A stretch of 63,104 nucleotides of DNA, filler included, from Octopus bimaculoides (taxonomy: Eukaryota), in NCBI RefSeq assembly GCF_001194135.2. It is 3 parts of 3 records of this genome, joined end to end, with 100 filler letters (N's around TTAATTAATTAA, not from the genome) between each part and the next. Parts side by side here need not be neighbours in the genome. Positions count along the whole stretch, not along the records: positions 1 to 29,199 come from NC_068993.1; 2 more parts are not named here. One strand, written 5' to 3'. The translations under genes were made by a program, and so were the position numbers. Positions 1 to 12,357 of this stretch are shown here, piece after piece. Numbering within the stretch: position 1 is the first letter of the stretch; each line of letters opens with the position of its first letter. Under the pieces are notes generated by a model that did no database searches, was not told the origin of the DNA, and saw only the letters and a program-made list of their open reading frames with translations.

Positions 1-234
1 ATTAGATTTATGAATGATTTTAAGATTTTCAATCTGAGTGCCTCTGTGTATGTGCGTAAGCATGTATGATGTGTAAGAAACAGTACATTTTACAATGCTA
101 AATATGAGAAAATGAGTAAAGAGGGAGAAAATTAGAAGGAGAAAGTTCGTGTGGAGGAGGAGTTAAGCTTGTGCATGAAGGACCATTGAATTCGACTGTT
201 TGTATTTTCTGACATAATTTTGTACTTTTGTCAA

Positions 235-1380
235 TCATAAAATTTATTCTATGAATATTACCAGTTAATAAATTCATAGTTCGAAATCATTATGTTGGTA
301 CTATAAGACATTCACTTAATAAACGTTACTAGTACCACTTGTGAACTTATAGATGTTTTATTTTAACGATCAAGATGAAAATTAGACATGGTATAATGAT
401 GAGACAAGATGAAATGTTGAGCGTGGAGACCCCATAAGCCACGCCCCAGCACTGCTATCACGCAGGAGAATACGGCAGTACGTTCAATTTGACCCCATTC
501 ATGCTGAACGATCGTACCACTTGCATCCATCATCCATCTAGTCTTGAATACACGCGGCGGTAACCTCTCTCTCTCTAGCCTTATTTTTCTTTTCAGGAGG
601 TATGTAAAATAGTTTATTAAACCACGGCCAGCGAGAAAGTTGCCCGTCTTAATTTCTTTCACTCTCGCCAACCAATCGACCTCTTTCGCTGTAGCCACCA
701 ACCAGAGATAAGTCGCCTGCCTTTCCCGGCCAAGGGAAGGAGCTGGGGCAATCTTGATGATGGACTCAGTTGACAACTGTACTACTCCCAAATGCGACAG
801 CAGGTGTTCTACGTAATCAACGGACACCGTACGATAGCGTGCAGAACAGTTTCATTGCTCTGCTCACATCTCCGACGTGTCCGCGTGCCTGTACATCTGT
901 CCGTGCCGAGTTTATCGCGAACAGGGAGAGCTCCTCGGTAGCACCGCCAGGCCAGGGATTTCTGGTTGTTATTCATGGGCCCCGGCCCAAAAGTCCTCCG
1001 GAACAGACTGGTGAATTGACCGTCATCGAAACCTAGAGTCTCCCCTGAGGACATCCTCGCACTTACCAGCCACCAACCCTCTAAAAGGACTAGGTGGAGC
1101 TCCCGCCGCTCGCATTACCCGTTCTCCACAGAAGCGAGAGAACCAGACGGTATCGGCTTTCCAAGCACCCAACCTAGGTCTACGTTTGATCCACAAGTTC
1201 AGTTCATTAATGTGGGAAGACGAGTTTCACGAAGGGCGGCCACACCTATTCATCGTCTAGGTAGAGCTGGAGATGCCTTAGCCTTAGCGCATGTCTGCAC
1301 ATTTTCGGCCAAGGCATTCCACGATTTAGCGGAAGTTGACAGCGAATAGACTGAACGCACAATGCTGAACGGCTCTAATA
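235..1380 (-). mobile_element. Tx1/L1-clade LINE, decayed 3' part of ORF2 (zf-RVT region and C-terminus)
   Basis: ORF 809..1054 reads KSLAWRCYRGALPVRDKL...C..C...ETVLHAIVRCP (zf-RVT-like). ORF 363..827 continues with LVATAKEVDWLARVK...LKRKIRLERE, a Tx1-type C-terminus. Frameshifted; the 3' boundary is uncertain. Confidence 0.8.
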
Positions 1381-1404
1381 CACCAAGGTATTGAACGCTA
1401 GTAC

Positions 1405-2170
1405 ACCAAGGTATTTGTATTCTTCCGTTTCAATTTGCTTAATGAAGTCTATGTTCGGTAATATTATCCCTGCTTAGGACTGTACCTTGCTTCTGTTTAG
1501 GTGGATTACTCAGCACTTCTTGAGTCCAAGTTCCATTCTAATATCTGTACTAAAACAGTGGACCATACTCACCAAGGAACTCACTTGTGTCTCATCTTTG
1601 CCATGCAGTTTCAAATCATCCATGAAGAGAAGGTAGTTGATTGTTTGGAATTTTTCCTTTAGTTTGTATCCCAGGTTCATTTTCCTGAGTACCAAGGTCA
1701 GGGGTATCATACAGAGAACGAAAACAACGGAGATAGGCTGTCTCCCTGGAAAATCCCTCTTCTGATACCCAGGGTGTCCAATTCTTTTCCGTAAGATGTG
1801 AGTTCAGGTTTCCATTCCACCATACTTCTCTTCAGGAAACACGTTACATTCCTCACAGTTCCCAACGGATCTAAGCATTCGATGATCCACGAATCTTAAA
1901 TCATATCATAAGCTTTGCGGTAACCAATCCTGGCCATTCCCATATTTGTTCTCCTTCGTTTACAATCTTGCATTACCATTTTGTCTATCAATAGTTGATG
2001 TTTGGCACCTCTGCATCTCCTTCTACAGCCTTTTTTTCCGGTGGTAATATATCGTTCTCATCAAGAAATGTATACAGTTCTTCTGTTAGGCTGCTTGCCA
2101 CCCAAGGAATAACGAGTACAGCCTACTCGGCGCACTGGTTATTTGAAGGCGCCACTTACTTGCTTTTTCT
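1405..2170 (-). mobile_element. RLE-type (R4/Dong-like) LINE, reverse transcriptase fragment
   Basis: Minus strand gives HQLLIDKMVMQDC..., [17 protein letters not shown] and NYLLFMDDLKLHGKDETQV (RT catalytic xMDD), with stops and frameshifts. Confidence 0.85.
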
Positions 2171-2215
2171 CACACTTCTATTTGTTTGGTGTAGGAGTCA
2201 AACCAACACTGCAGA

Positions 2216-2217
2216 GC

Positions 2218-2270
<53 letters not shown>
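2216..2270. repeat. (TTA)n microsatellite
   Basis: Direct reading. Confidence 0.95.
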
Positions 2271-2790
2271 GAGTGAGACAGCAGTGCATGCCATCAAAGT
2301 GACACTGGAGTAAAATATATGAAGCCTAGTATACCCATCATAACTACACGTCTGATGAGGTTGCACCAGGCACATGCATCACAACCATGGTGATCTCATA
2401 TCAAGGTTAATAGTACATGACTTTGCAGTTAGAGTTTTCTTCAGGATGAATATCCCATCCCGCTCAAAAGGTCCCTGAATAAGGATTGTTTAAGGATGTT
2501 GAACGAAATACCAATGTTTCCGAAGTTGAATTATCCAAACCCCAAACAGATTCTCTCAGCACATGACTATTATACTCCCCCACTATTTCTTCTCGTGATC
2601 AGAGATGCACATATCTTCAGCTACGAAGTGACATGCTCAACTTGTTAAGGTCAAACAACTGACAAGTAAATCTGTGGTATTGAGCAGAGTATTTACTGCA
2701 GCCCATCTTTTATACTAAGACAAAACAACGTACATAATAACGCTTTCAATCAGTTAAGATGAGAAGCCAAGGGAGTCACTGCCTGGTTGT
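2271..2790. repeat. Unclassified interspersed repeat (~520 bp) bounded by trinucleotide arrays
   Basis: Complex non-coding block between two (TTA)n arrays. Resembles a high-copy octopus repeat from recall only; single copy in this window. Confidence 0.4.
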
Positions 2791-2804
2791 TGCTGTTGTT
2801 GTTG

Positions 2805-2889
<85 letters not shown>

Positions 2890-2905
2890 CATTATTATTA
2901 TTATC
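2790..2905. repeat. (GTT)n(TTA)n microsatellite, also the (TAA)n tail of the adjacent minus-strand LINE
   Basis: Direct reading; abuts the 3' end of the element at 2905-3790. Confidence 0.9.
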
Positions 2906-3790
2906 CGTTTAACTTTTACTTTGTATTTGTACAAGTTTACTCTAAGTCTCACCCAGAAACCTCAAGAGACAACAAGCTATAAGTTCATGCTGGTGTTATG
3001 CCTAGGGTGCCATATATTTGGTTTTGCACAAAGTATTGTTCTAGAGAATGTTTAAGAAAGCATAAGACAATTTTTAGTTTGTTTTAAAATTTTGGATTAC
3101 ATAGACAGTATGTTACGTAGGTTATGGGCAGTTCCCACGAGCACTATTTTTTAAATTTCGGCCATTTTTTGATTTCCTGGTATCTGAGCTAGGTATCAAT
3201 CAGCGCCTTTTGCTATCATTCCTAGGGCATTTATGACAACACGTATTGTTTTGAGGTTCCACATTTTGCCAACTTCTATTTCAAGATCTTTATATTTTCT
3301 CAGTTTTTGGTAGGTCTTGACATATATATTTATGTCCACTGGGACAGTCATATCGACGAGGAGGCATGATCTTTGTTTGAAGTCCTTCAATATAATGTCT
3401 GGCCTATTCGCATCTGTCTTTCTGTCAGTTTGAACAGTGAAGATCTAGAGGAGTGAGATGTGGTCATTTTTATGCACTGGAGGTGGCTTGTATTCCCACC
3501 AGTTTTTACCACGAGGCAAGTCCCAGTGAATATACTGTGCTGTTATATCATGCCTGTTGAGATACTATGTAGGCGCAAGAAGACTGAACATGGAGACAAC
3601 ATGATCAATGGCTTCATTTTGTTGTTGACATACACGACATGGGTTACTGCCGTTCTTTAATATGTTGGCCTGGTGGCTCCTTGTAGGTAGGCATTGACCT
3701 TGGGCTGCTATGATAAACCCTTCTGTCTCTGATTTTTAGCCAGCATACACTAACCATTGATGGGTAAGGGCTTTGTCAGCATCGGCATTA
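2905..3790 (-). mobile_element. RLE-type (R4/Dong-like) LINE 3' end: CCHC knuckle, PD-(D/E)xK endonuclease, (TAA)n tail
   Basis: Minus strand: SETEGFIIAAQ, NPCRVCQQQNEAIDHVV (zinc knuckle), KQRSCLLVDMTVP...KYKDLEIEVGKMWNLK (RLE C-terminus). Confidence 0.85.
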
Positions 3791-3813
3791 ATAGCTCTCT
3801 TTGGGTTATTATT

Positions 3814-4022
3814 AAGGCAGCGAGCTGGGAGAACCGTTAGCACGGCGGGAAAAATGCATAGCGGTATTTAATCCGTCTTTAAGTGCTGAGTTTAAATTGT
3901 GCCAGGGTTACCTTTGCTTTCATCCTGCAGGGTGGATAAAATAAGTACCAACCGAGCACTGAGGTCGATGTAATCGACTTGTTCCTTCCCTCGAAATTTC
4001 AGGCCTTGTGCCTATAGTAGAA

Positions 4023-4023
<1 letters not shown>
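3814..4023 (+). mobile_element. tRNA-headed SINE, family A (ggcggcgagctggcagaa... head), followed by a (TTA)n tail
   Basis: More than 10 homologous copies in the window. The family head has Pol III A-box-like TGGCAGAA and B-box-like GAGTTCAAATTCC motifs and a shared ggccttgtgcc 3' end. Confidence 0.85.
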
Positions 4024-4079
<56 letters not shown>

Positions 4080-4081
<2 letters not shown>

Positions 4082-4368
4082 GGTGACGGTCTGGTAGTTC
4101 GTTAGTACGCCGGGAAAAATGTTTAATGGCATTTCTTCCGTCTTAACGGTTTGAATTTAAATTCTGCCGAGGTCGACTTTGCCTTTCCTCGTTTCGGGGT
4201 CGATAAGATATGAAGCAGTTGAGTACCATACAGTTGAGTACCATACAGTTGAGTACCATACAGTTGAGTACCAGCAGTTGAGTACCAGTTGAGTACCAGG
4301 GTCGAAGTAATCAACTTGCGCCTCACGCGAAATTGCAGGCCTTGTGACAAAATTTGAAACCAGTATTA
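4080..4368 (+). mobile_element. SINE family A copy with an internal tandem amplification
   Basis: Aligns by eye with the other family A copies; CAGTTGAGTAC unit repeated 6 times at 4216-4299. Confidence 0.85.
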
Positions 4369-7300
4369 TTTTCCTGGTCACGACGCGTACTTCCTTGTCA
4401 AGTTCAAAGCAACTTTAACTATGGAAGGAAACAAATTTATGATGGAAACCTTTAACATATTTATGCACCGATGGAGAAGTGAGAAAATTTTTACAAAACT
4501 TGGAATTTTCACTGCTTCCACTATTATTTATTTACCACTCACAACAACAAAATCACAAACTGGCAAACTTTCAAAACACACGATGCTGTAAATGTTGCCA
4601 ACACTGAACCATCAGTTATTATAGATCCAAGCGAGCTTTGATGGCAACACTCGGCCTGCTAAAAGTGGCGTCCAAAGTTTGTTCCAGTTTCATATAATCA
4701 TCGGATAAAAGAAACTACACATCGGATAATACATTTCTAGATAAAACATGTCTAAGAAGTCGAGGTAGTTACAGGTTGATTCTTTTGAATTCTTTCACCT
4801 ACTGGTCTTTTAGGTCAGAGCTGGTGTGGGCTTCAATAGCTGAAACTATATACAATTTGTCGTTTCAAATACTGGGAAGATTCTATAGGAATTTAGGGCG
4901 GAATCAACGGTGTGTAGCAACGGGGAAAGCGTATGATAAAAAACGATTAATTAATGATTATATGTTAAGTGATAAGATGAAGGGAAAAGCTGATAGTAGG
5001 TATTAGTAGTTTAATATGATACCAACAATCAACTCCTAAAAGGGTATTGAATATCTTGTTTATATGAGAACAAGATTAACAACACGCATTGAGATTATTT
5101 GCGTTTTCACACTGTTAACATTGCTTTTATATCTTGCAAGGCCTAACAACAGTTCAAGAAAACCTAATACATCATACTGATAGGAATGTGATAGAAACAA
5201 ACGCAAAATTAGTGCCATAACAGTTTTAATAATATTAACGAGGGTCCTTCCAATGAGATCAAAAATCGAGAAATTAACGGTCTTAAGACTTAAGAACTTC
5301 ACTCACATCAGACAGAAAGATTAAAACCTAGATTGCTACGCTGGCAATGGAATCTAAATTACAATGAACATGATTTTTCTTATTGCGTTTTTGTGTAGGC
5401 TGTTCACATAAATAATAACTCAAATAAATTACTTGAAAAGATAGAATAGGCAGAAACTACATAGTTGCACGGTAAAAGGAGACACGTAACGCATCTACTT
5501 TAAATTGCTGAATTGGTGTTCGTACAATCGTACACGCATATCTAATCATTATTCTCTCATTCTAACAGTCAATATTGGTATAGGAATGAGGTTCTGGGTA
5601 AAATAACTTCAACAGCTCGAATTTATTGCTCTATCCCTCAAATGTTTCCGCAAATGAGTTTCATTGAATGACTTCAACGAATTAGCTGACAACTTGTTGG
5701 TTTCCATTATTCAGGAACATAAAAATCTTTTCCTGAGGAAACAACTTTCTATTGCGGTTAAAGTCAACAACTTTTACATATAGGTGATGCATAATGCGTG
5801 TTGATTTTGTTTTCACCATGAGCAAAAACGAACCCTAAAATGTTTAAAAAACAATCAAAATATAATCATTACTGCTGTATTAATTTATATGTATACTCTA
5901 CAAGTTTACTTTAGGAAGTGAAACCAAATATACCGCTCGTTAAACATTTGAAATATAATTTCATGTGTAGGCATTATATTTTATGTGACACATCGAAGAA
6001 GTATGTTCTTGTACAAATAGATTGTAGGCAAAGATATAGATTTTGTAGCGTAAATTGGTTTACGAAAACCATATACCAACTGAAATTCCCAGTCAACTTT
6101 AAACATTAGAACGAATGTCACTTTTAATAAACTTAGCAAATATTAATGGTGCTATCGTATATCAAAACTCTGCAGAATTTCTTTAGTTAAGTTTAAAAGC
6201 TCATAAATGTACAAGTACATAACGAGAATTTATAATGTGTATTTAGGCATATGTGGACTTTAGATCAAGTATTTGTCTTCTCAGGAGACAAAATCCGTCA
6301 GTGGAGTAAAAAGGACAAAGTGATTTTGCAAGTGATTTTTGTATTTGGAACTGCATAACTAAATGCCGACAACTCATTTTATATGAATAACGGACGATGG
6401 AGATAAATACAATCCATAATGCAAGAAGTTCTTAAGTGAACGGATGAATGCAAAATACGCTTGATCAAATATAGTAACGCTTCTCTTTGGTATTAAAATT
6501 TTCTTCAAAGTTTTCACTATACAAGTTTGAATATTAACGCAATATTGCAAGTTAGTGACAAATATTACCTTTCTACACATACACTTGTTATCCCTATTAA
6601 ACAGCAGTTATCTTAGGTCTTGTTATTGCTTGCCCATGCATACTGTCATAGATATCGTTTCACTTAGAAAACCTTTACATTTATATGAGCCTGATAGAAA
6701 CGGCTTTGCAACTATTCAGTGATGAAAGAGTATGTAGTTTGGTGGTTGTGTAGATAGGTTCATACTATAATAATAACGGTTTGTGGTTTTTGTATCAGAA
6801 GAATAGCTCATAGATATCTGTGGCATATTATATTTACTGTTTTTATTATATTCAGTATTATAATGCTTAAATGACACTACAATATAAATTGCACTAGCGT
6901 ATCCGTTAGCGGTTTTCAGCATTATCATTTGCGGTCTATCTCATTTGTTGGGTTCGTTTTGTTGTTTCTTTCTCCACTCTTTATGGTTATCATGGGCTCT
7001 TGTGAAAGTTTTTGTAGTATTAGGAATTGATTGCGCAGAGTATGAGTTTTATTATTAAACCGAAAGTGTCTTTTAGAAATATACTCCGTGTCTAATACGC
7101 TTGTCTTTGGACTGTATGTAAAGTGAGGTCTGGAATATTTTCCTGTCTTCTGCTTGCTTCTTTTTATTTCACTCAGTAAATCTATTTCTTTGTCCACTTA
7201 AGTAGCTATATCATATATATTTTACCGTAAATTCGTTCCGTTTTTCTACTGTTGTTTCAGTGTTGTCTTTATTGCAAAACAACTGAAAGCACTGGGCTTT

Positions 7301-7548
7301 GATCATGAAGAATGTAGCAAGTGATAGTTAATATATTCGGAAGTTCCTAAGCAGGATGTCTTGAGTTGGTTGTTATACAGAATCAATTACTTCATAACCA
7401 TTTTTTTGTAATGTATACCTTGTATAGCAATTACTTGGGTTGTCCGGTAAGCTGCAATTAGCGTTCTTTTACTTTCTTTCCTGTTATCTTTCGATACTAA
7501 GTGCAAAGATGCCTATGATACTGTCTTTACATTTCCTCTTCATAAGAA

Positions 7549-7613
7549 CACCTTTATAATCCCACTTTCGTAGTTTGTTGCCTCCTGCATGGTAACACAC
7601 TCATCAGAAGGTA
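7549..7613 (-). ncRNA. Degenerate type I hammerhead-like motif
   Basis: TACCTT-CTGATGA-G...C-GAAA...ATA-AAGGTG: helix I 6 bp and intact core, but helix II is irregular and helix III has a mismatch. Confidence 0.3.
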
Positions 7614-8264
7614 CAAAAAAATGTTTACCAGAGTGCCTGTGATTCCATTTGCTCGCTGGTTATATATGGCAGGTATTTATGTCACTGGTTATATATGGAA
7701 GGTACTTTACGTCACAGCTTGGTTCATCTGGGAAGATATCACGAATACGCCATTGTTACATATAGGGTTTCGTGCGTGCTTATGACAATGCCACTCAGGT
7801 TTCACGTGAAAATGTTGACATATACCCCAATATATACAGCTATCTACAAACTTTTTTTTCTTGGATATATTCTGTCATAATAAGTACAGAGTAATGGTAG
7901 TACTCTTTTGATGCTTGCAGAGTTTAGGTTCAGGATTAGTAGCTTGATTTATGACAACTAAAACAAGAACTTTTGTTTTTATCTTAAATTCAAATATTTG
8001 AGGTATGCATGGCTTTCATATTAGTTAACTTAGTTTCTGCCCCGTGTTGCAAGATATAAATTAGCCAGATCCTTTCCTTTCCTTTCTAGTAAATTTTGCA
8101 CCTCATTAATTTCTCTCTTTTTTTCTTTTCGCTTTTTTTTTTAATGATTTAAGCTTCCTTTCTTTTTAAGAAGTCGACTTTTCTCTTGTTTTTTATTTTA
8201 GCAATTTGGCATTTTCTTTACATTCTGGTATGTTTCCCTACAAATAAAATATCAGTTGAAGACT

Positions 8265-8432
8265 AAGCAGAATCACTCGGGCGCTGAACAGAATTAATTG
8301 CCTTCCTTCTGAATCTTTATGCTTCCAGCCTCCCGTGGCTCGATAAAAATCAAGTAGAAGTTCAGTAGTAGGGACGATAGTATTGACTGATACTCCACGC
8401 CTCAAAATTGTTGGTTTTGTGCCTGAATCGGA
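8265..8432 (+). mobile_element. SINE family A, degenerate 3' part
   Basis: ttgccttccttc...ctcgataaaaat...aaaattgttggttttgtgcc matches the family A body and tail. Confidence 0.5.
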
Positions 8433-8463
<31 letters not shown>

Positions 8464-8689
8464 CTTCTTCTTCTTCTTCTTCTTCTTCTTCTTCTTCTTC
8501 TTCTTCTTCTTCTTCTTCTNNNNNNNNNNNNNNNNNNNNNNNNNNNNNNNNNNNNNNNNNNNNNNNNNNNNNNNNNNNNNNNNNNNNNNNNNNNNNNNNN
8601 NNNNNNNNNNNCTTCTTCTTCTTCTTCTTCTTCTTCTTCTTCTTCTTCTTCTTCTTCTTCTTCTTCTTCTTCTTCTTCTTCTTCTTCTT
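8433..8689. repeat. (CTT)n microsatellite spanning a gap
   Basis: Direct reading; source of the poly-E/K/R/L/S/F ORFs. Confidence 0.95.
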
Positions 8690-9030
8690 GATGCTCTCTT
8701 CCGGAGGATTTACAGGGCGGGACACGTGCCAAATTTCTAGAAATCACCGGCTTGGCACTGCTGCCTGTGGGGACTTTGTCGTTTGGAGATGAACATGACA
8801 GAAACGGAATTACTGTTAGCTGGGGATTCCAAAATGTGTGGAGACCAAGATAACTGTTCTGCACGCACTCGTCCACTGCTCGAGCACTGACGTTATGTCA
8901 AAATACTGTTGTAACAAGTGAGTTCATTGTGAAGAATCCTTACGACCATTTTTCAGCCGGAGAAGACAGGCAGATTTTATCTCTGTGGTGGCTTTGCGAA
9001 AGATGTCATGTGGTGGGCAAAATTGAAAGC
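8690..9030 (+). mobile_element. Tx1/L1-clade LINE ORF2 C-terminal relic
   Basis: Frameshifted KSPAWHCC..., TVLHALVHC and FISVVALAKDVMWWAKLK, homologous to the copy at 235-1380. Confidence 0.65.
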
Positions 9031-10847
9031 TGTTAATATGTATATGTCCGTATATTTTTAACCATATAGCAATCATGTTTTTGTCTCAGTCCCTTCATTC
9101 TGGTCAGCACTATTTTATGGTCTTTATATCATTTCCCTCTTTGTAGCTAAATATAGATGAACACTGCCACTATGTCGCACAATACCAGCCAATAATGTGT
9201 TAGTTCATATCCTATCTCTAGAATTACCTTCTCTTCAAGGCCTGACATTTAAATTGTTGTCGCTATCAATAATCTTCACTAGCAAGTTCGGAATATTGTT
9301 CCACAGTAGCTGTATCAAACATACGGATATCTCGTTAACTCACATTAGTCTGTTCAATTTTCTATTGATATGCTCCCTTAAGGCAACTGTCACAGAAACT
9401 CTAATTCTAATTATCACTATTATTCCTGAAATTACCTGTACAATACTATTATTACCACCAACAACACCAATACAACAACAATGCCAGCATCTCATTATCA
9501 CCACCATCAATTTTATAGCTGCAGCTACCGCCAATAACTCAATCATCATCAAATCACAACCAACCGAAATCATGAGACGATTTTTACTTTTCTTGTGTTT
9601 TCTCTTTGCTAGTCACCCTGATATTTATAAGACTTCATTTTTTGTGGATGAAGTAGCTTTATTTTTTCTGAGATTACATCCATCCCTGCTGCTTTCACTT
9701 TATTCCCTGTGCTATAATGACAGCCATTCTTATCTGAAAGTGGCTTTTCTGCTGTATTTCCAGATTATCAATGAAAAGCCTAATAGGTATTTTTGACATT
9801 TGTTTTTTCAGGGTTTGTATTTTGTAACCTTTGATTTTTTTCCTCCGAATCATCGTGACTGGTGGCCCACTCAACCCAAAGTTTATCGCAAGTTAACTGA
9901 CACAGCAGAATTCTCCGTAAAATTTACATCCGGTAGTTAATAAGTATTTTCATGTGTCACTTAGCAGATTGCACATCTATGATGATAACTTAACTACGCA
10001 TATTGAACAAACCCTTTGCCTCGAGATTCCTGGAGTAATACCACTTCAAATTATGTTCATGCTAATATCGTTGTACAACGAAATGTTTAGTTATATCGAT
10101 TTGGGTTTAGATAGTTCGCTGACACATGACAAAAACCAGTAGCTAACAGTTTTAATATCTCAAAATAGGCATTCAATTTTCCGTATATAAAATTTCACTC
10201 AATTTCACTCTCGAAAAGTGATTGTTATAATCAAATTGCTTGAGGTAGCTTGTTAAATCGCAGTTGTAAGCGACTTGAACTCAGGAGGAAGTGCAGTAAA
10301 GGGAAACATTTTAGAATTATTTTTATAAAACAGCTATTCTTTTAAGAAATACAGCAACGGGTTATGGACTGGATATTATGCCTTACCAGTAAGCTAATTA
10401 GAATTAGCTATTGATACTACTTAAAATGATGTCTTTGAATATAGACGTAAGAGATTATAGCTGTCCATTCCAGTCGACTTAGATAGCCAGCAAAGTTCAG
10501 TCAAAGAGAACATTGAAAATAAACAATCAAAGAAATCGCGTGACCATCAATTCTAGACGTTTATTATACCGTGGTTAATAACTGTCATTGTAAAACCTAA
10601 CTTTCATATAATCTCTAGGCTTTGTGGGGTGGGTGGGTCGGATTGGCATAGATGCAGCTATAGAGGGGTGAGAGTGAAGAAAGAGTAAACTTGATAGGTA
10701 GTGTTGTGGAGACATGACAAAACTATTTGATCAGTTTTAAAATGTTTGTAAAGAACAATTGTGAAAGAAATCGTTACATTCATTCGCGCCGACGCCATCT
10801 CTTCAGACACGATTCGATTGAGAGATGTTTTCCACTAGAGATGTGTT

Positions 10848-10924
<77 letters not shown>

Positions 10925-11743
10925 CTCTGTGTTTGTGTTAGTTTTCAATTGCAGTAATGGATACTTGATATTTTCTCTCGATTCTCATCCCTTTTATATT
11001 GTTGTTCATATTATTGTCGATGATGTTATTATATCGTTTTAGAACTGAGATCATATTTGGTATTCAACACTCTATTAAGTCAATAGATTTAATCTCACCA
11101 TAAATATTATATTATTTACCATAATATAACTCGTGTACTTCATATATCCAAGTTAGCATAGCTATTTCGTAATTAAACATTACACCTAATTGCATCTCAA
11201 AGATTATGAATACGTTTTGGCGAAACTGGGTTCATGATACAGTTTCAATTTGCAACTGTAGTAAATTCACTTTACTTACACGAATAAAAATCAAGAGTTA
11301 GTTTGTACAAAACAGTTCACACCCAGGTTTTATGCACCTTGCGTATTTTTCTCCACGTTGACATCACATGATTGACTAAAATATTTACCTGTAATATGTC
11401 CGTATGATTCCTTGGCAATCTGATTCTTCATTGTCTATAAAAATTTGGCCTTGACGCAATTTCAGAAATAAAATCTGATGAGAAATTAAATTTCTTTTTG
11501 TTCGCTTTGGTTTGAGACAGAGGAGAAAGAGAACTATAATAGAAAAATGCAGACTATATAGAGCCTTTTATTGGTTGAGTTGCTACGGGAGTGATTCAAG
11601 AGACTGGGGTGTTTAGTCTAAACAACGCCTTGGCATGTAGTTCTTTGTTTTGAGCCACTCTTATAGCAGTCACAGCTAAAATAAAATTAATTCATTTATA
11701 CATTTAGAATGATTGGCCAACGCACCAGACAATGACAGAGGAT

Positions 11744-11995
11744 TACGAGGGGCATTCTAGGTGTTTTGAAACCTTTTCAGGAGAGAAATTTGTTAATTTC
11801 AAAGAAGTACAAAACTCAAACAACGTTCCAAGCTGGATAGATCCTCGACTTCAATGTAGTTATGATATTCCAGCTACTCCGTGAAGGTTCCATAATAGTC
11901 TTTAAAAGTGAAGGTGTCCTGGACCCTTGCCATAGACTCAGTATCTTCAAAATGGCTTGCCATGAAGCTCTCCTTAAGCTAGGAGAACAGCAAAA
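11744..11995 (-). mobile_element. Mariner-like relic (transposase C-terminus and TIR)
   Basis: TACGAGGGG terminus at 11744. Minus frame LKES...HFEDTE...YIE resembles a mariner C-terminus, heavily decayed. Confidence 0.45.
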
Positions 11996-12159
11996 GTCAC
12001 TAAGAGCTAAGGATGGAAAAGAAAGAGAGAGAGAGGGATTCTAACGCTAGTATTTGTGGTGCCTAAATTAGAATTCACTTGTTCGTCAACATTTACCTTT
12101 TTAAACTATATGTATACATACATATGTACATACATACCCATCCACATACAGACATACTA

Positions 12160-12215
<56 letters not shown>

Positions 12216-12216
12216 C

Positions 12217-12304
<88 letters not shown>

Positions 12305-12306
12305 CT
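12160..12306. repeat. (CTAT)n microsatellite
   Basis: Direct reading. Confidence 0.95.
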
Positions 12307-12357
12307 ATATATTGATATATGTCGAAAATGAAAATAAAACTTCTTATATTTTCTCTA

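Noticed and set aside
4216-4299. CRISPR-like regular repeats
   Set aside because: No unique spacers; it is a tandem expansion within a SINE in eukaryotic DNA.
6300-7550. Chain of short minus-strand ORFs (6374, 6716, 6925) suggesting a decayed long exon
   Set aside because: No recognisable domain, and stops are frequent in all frames; indistinguishable from AT-rich background by eye.
9197-9796. 199-aa plus-strand ORF
   Set aside because: Low-complexity I/T/L/F composition from degenerate trinucleotide runs, non-ATG start, no motif.
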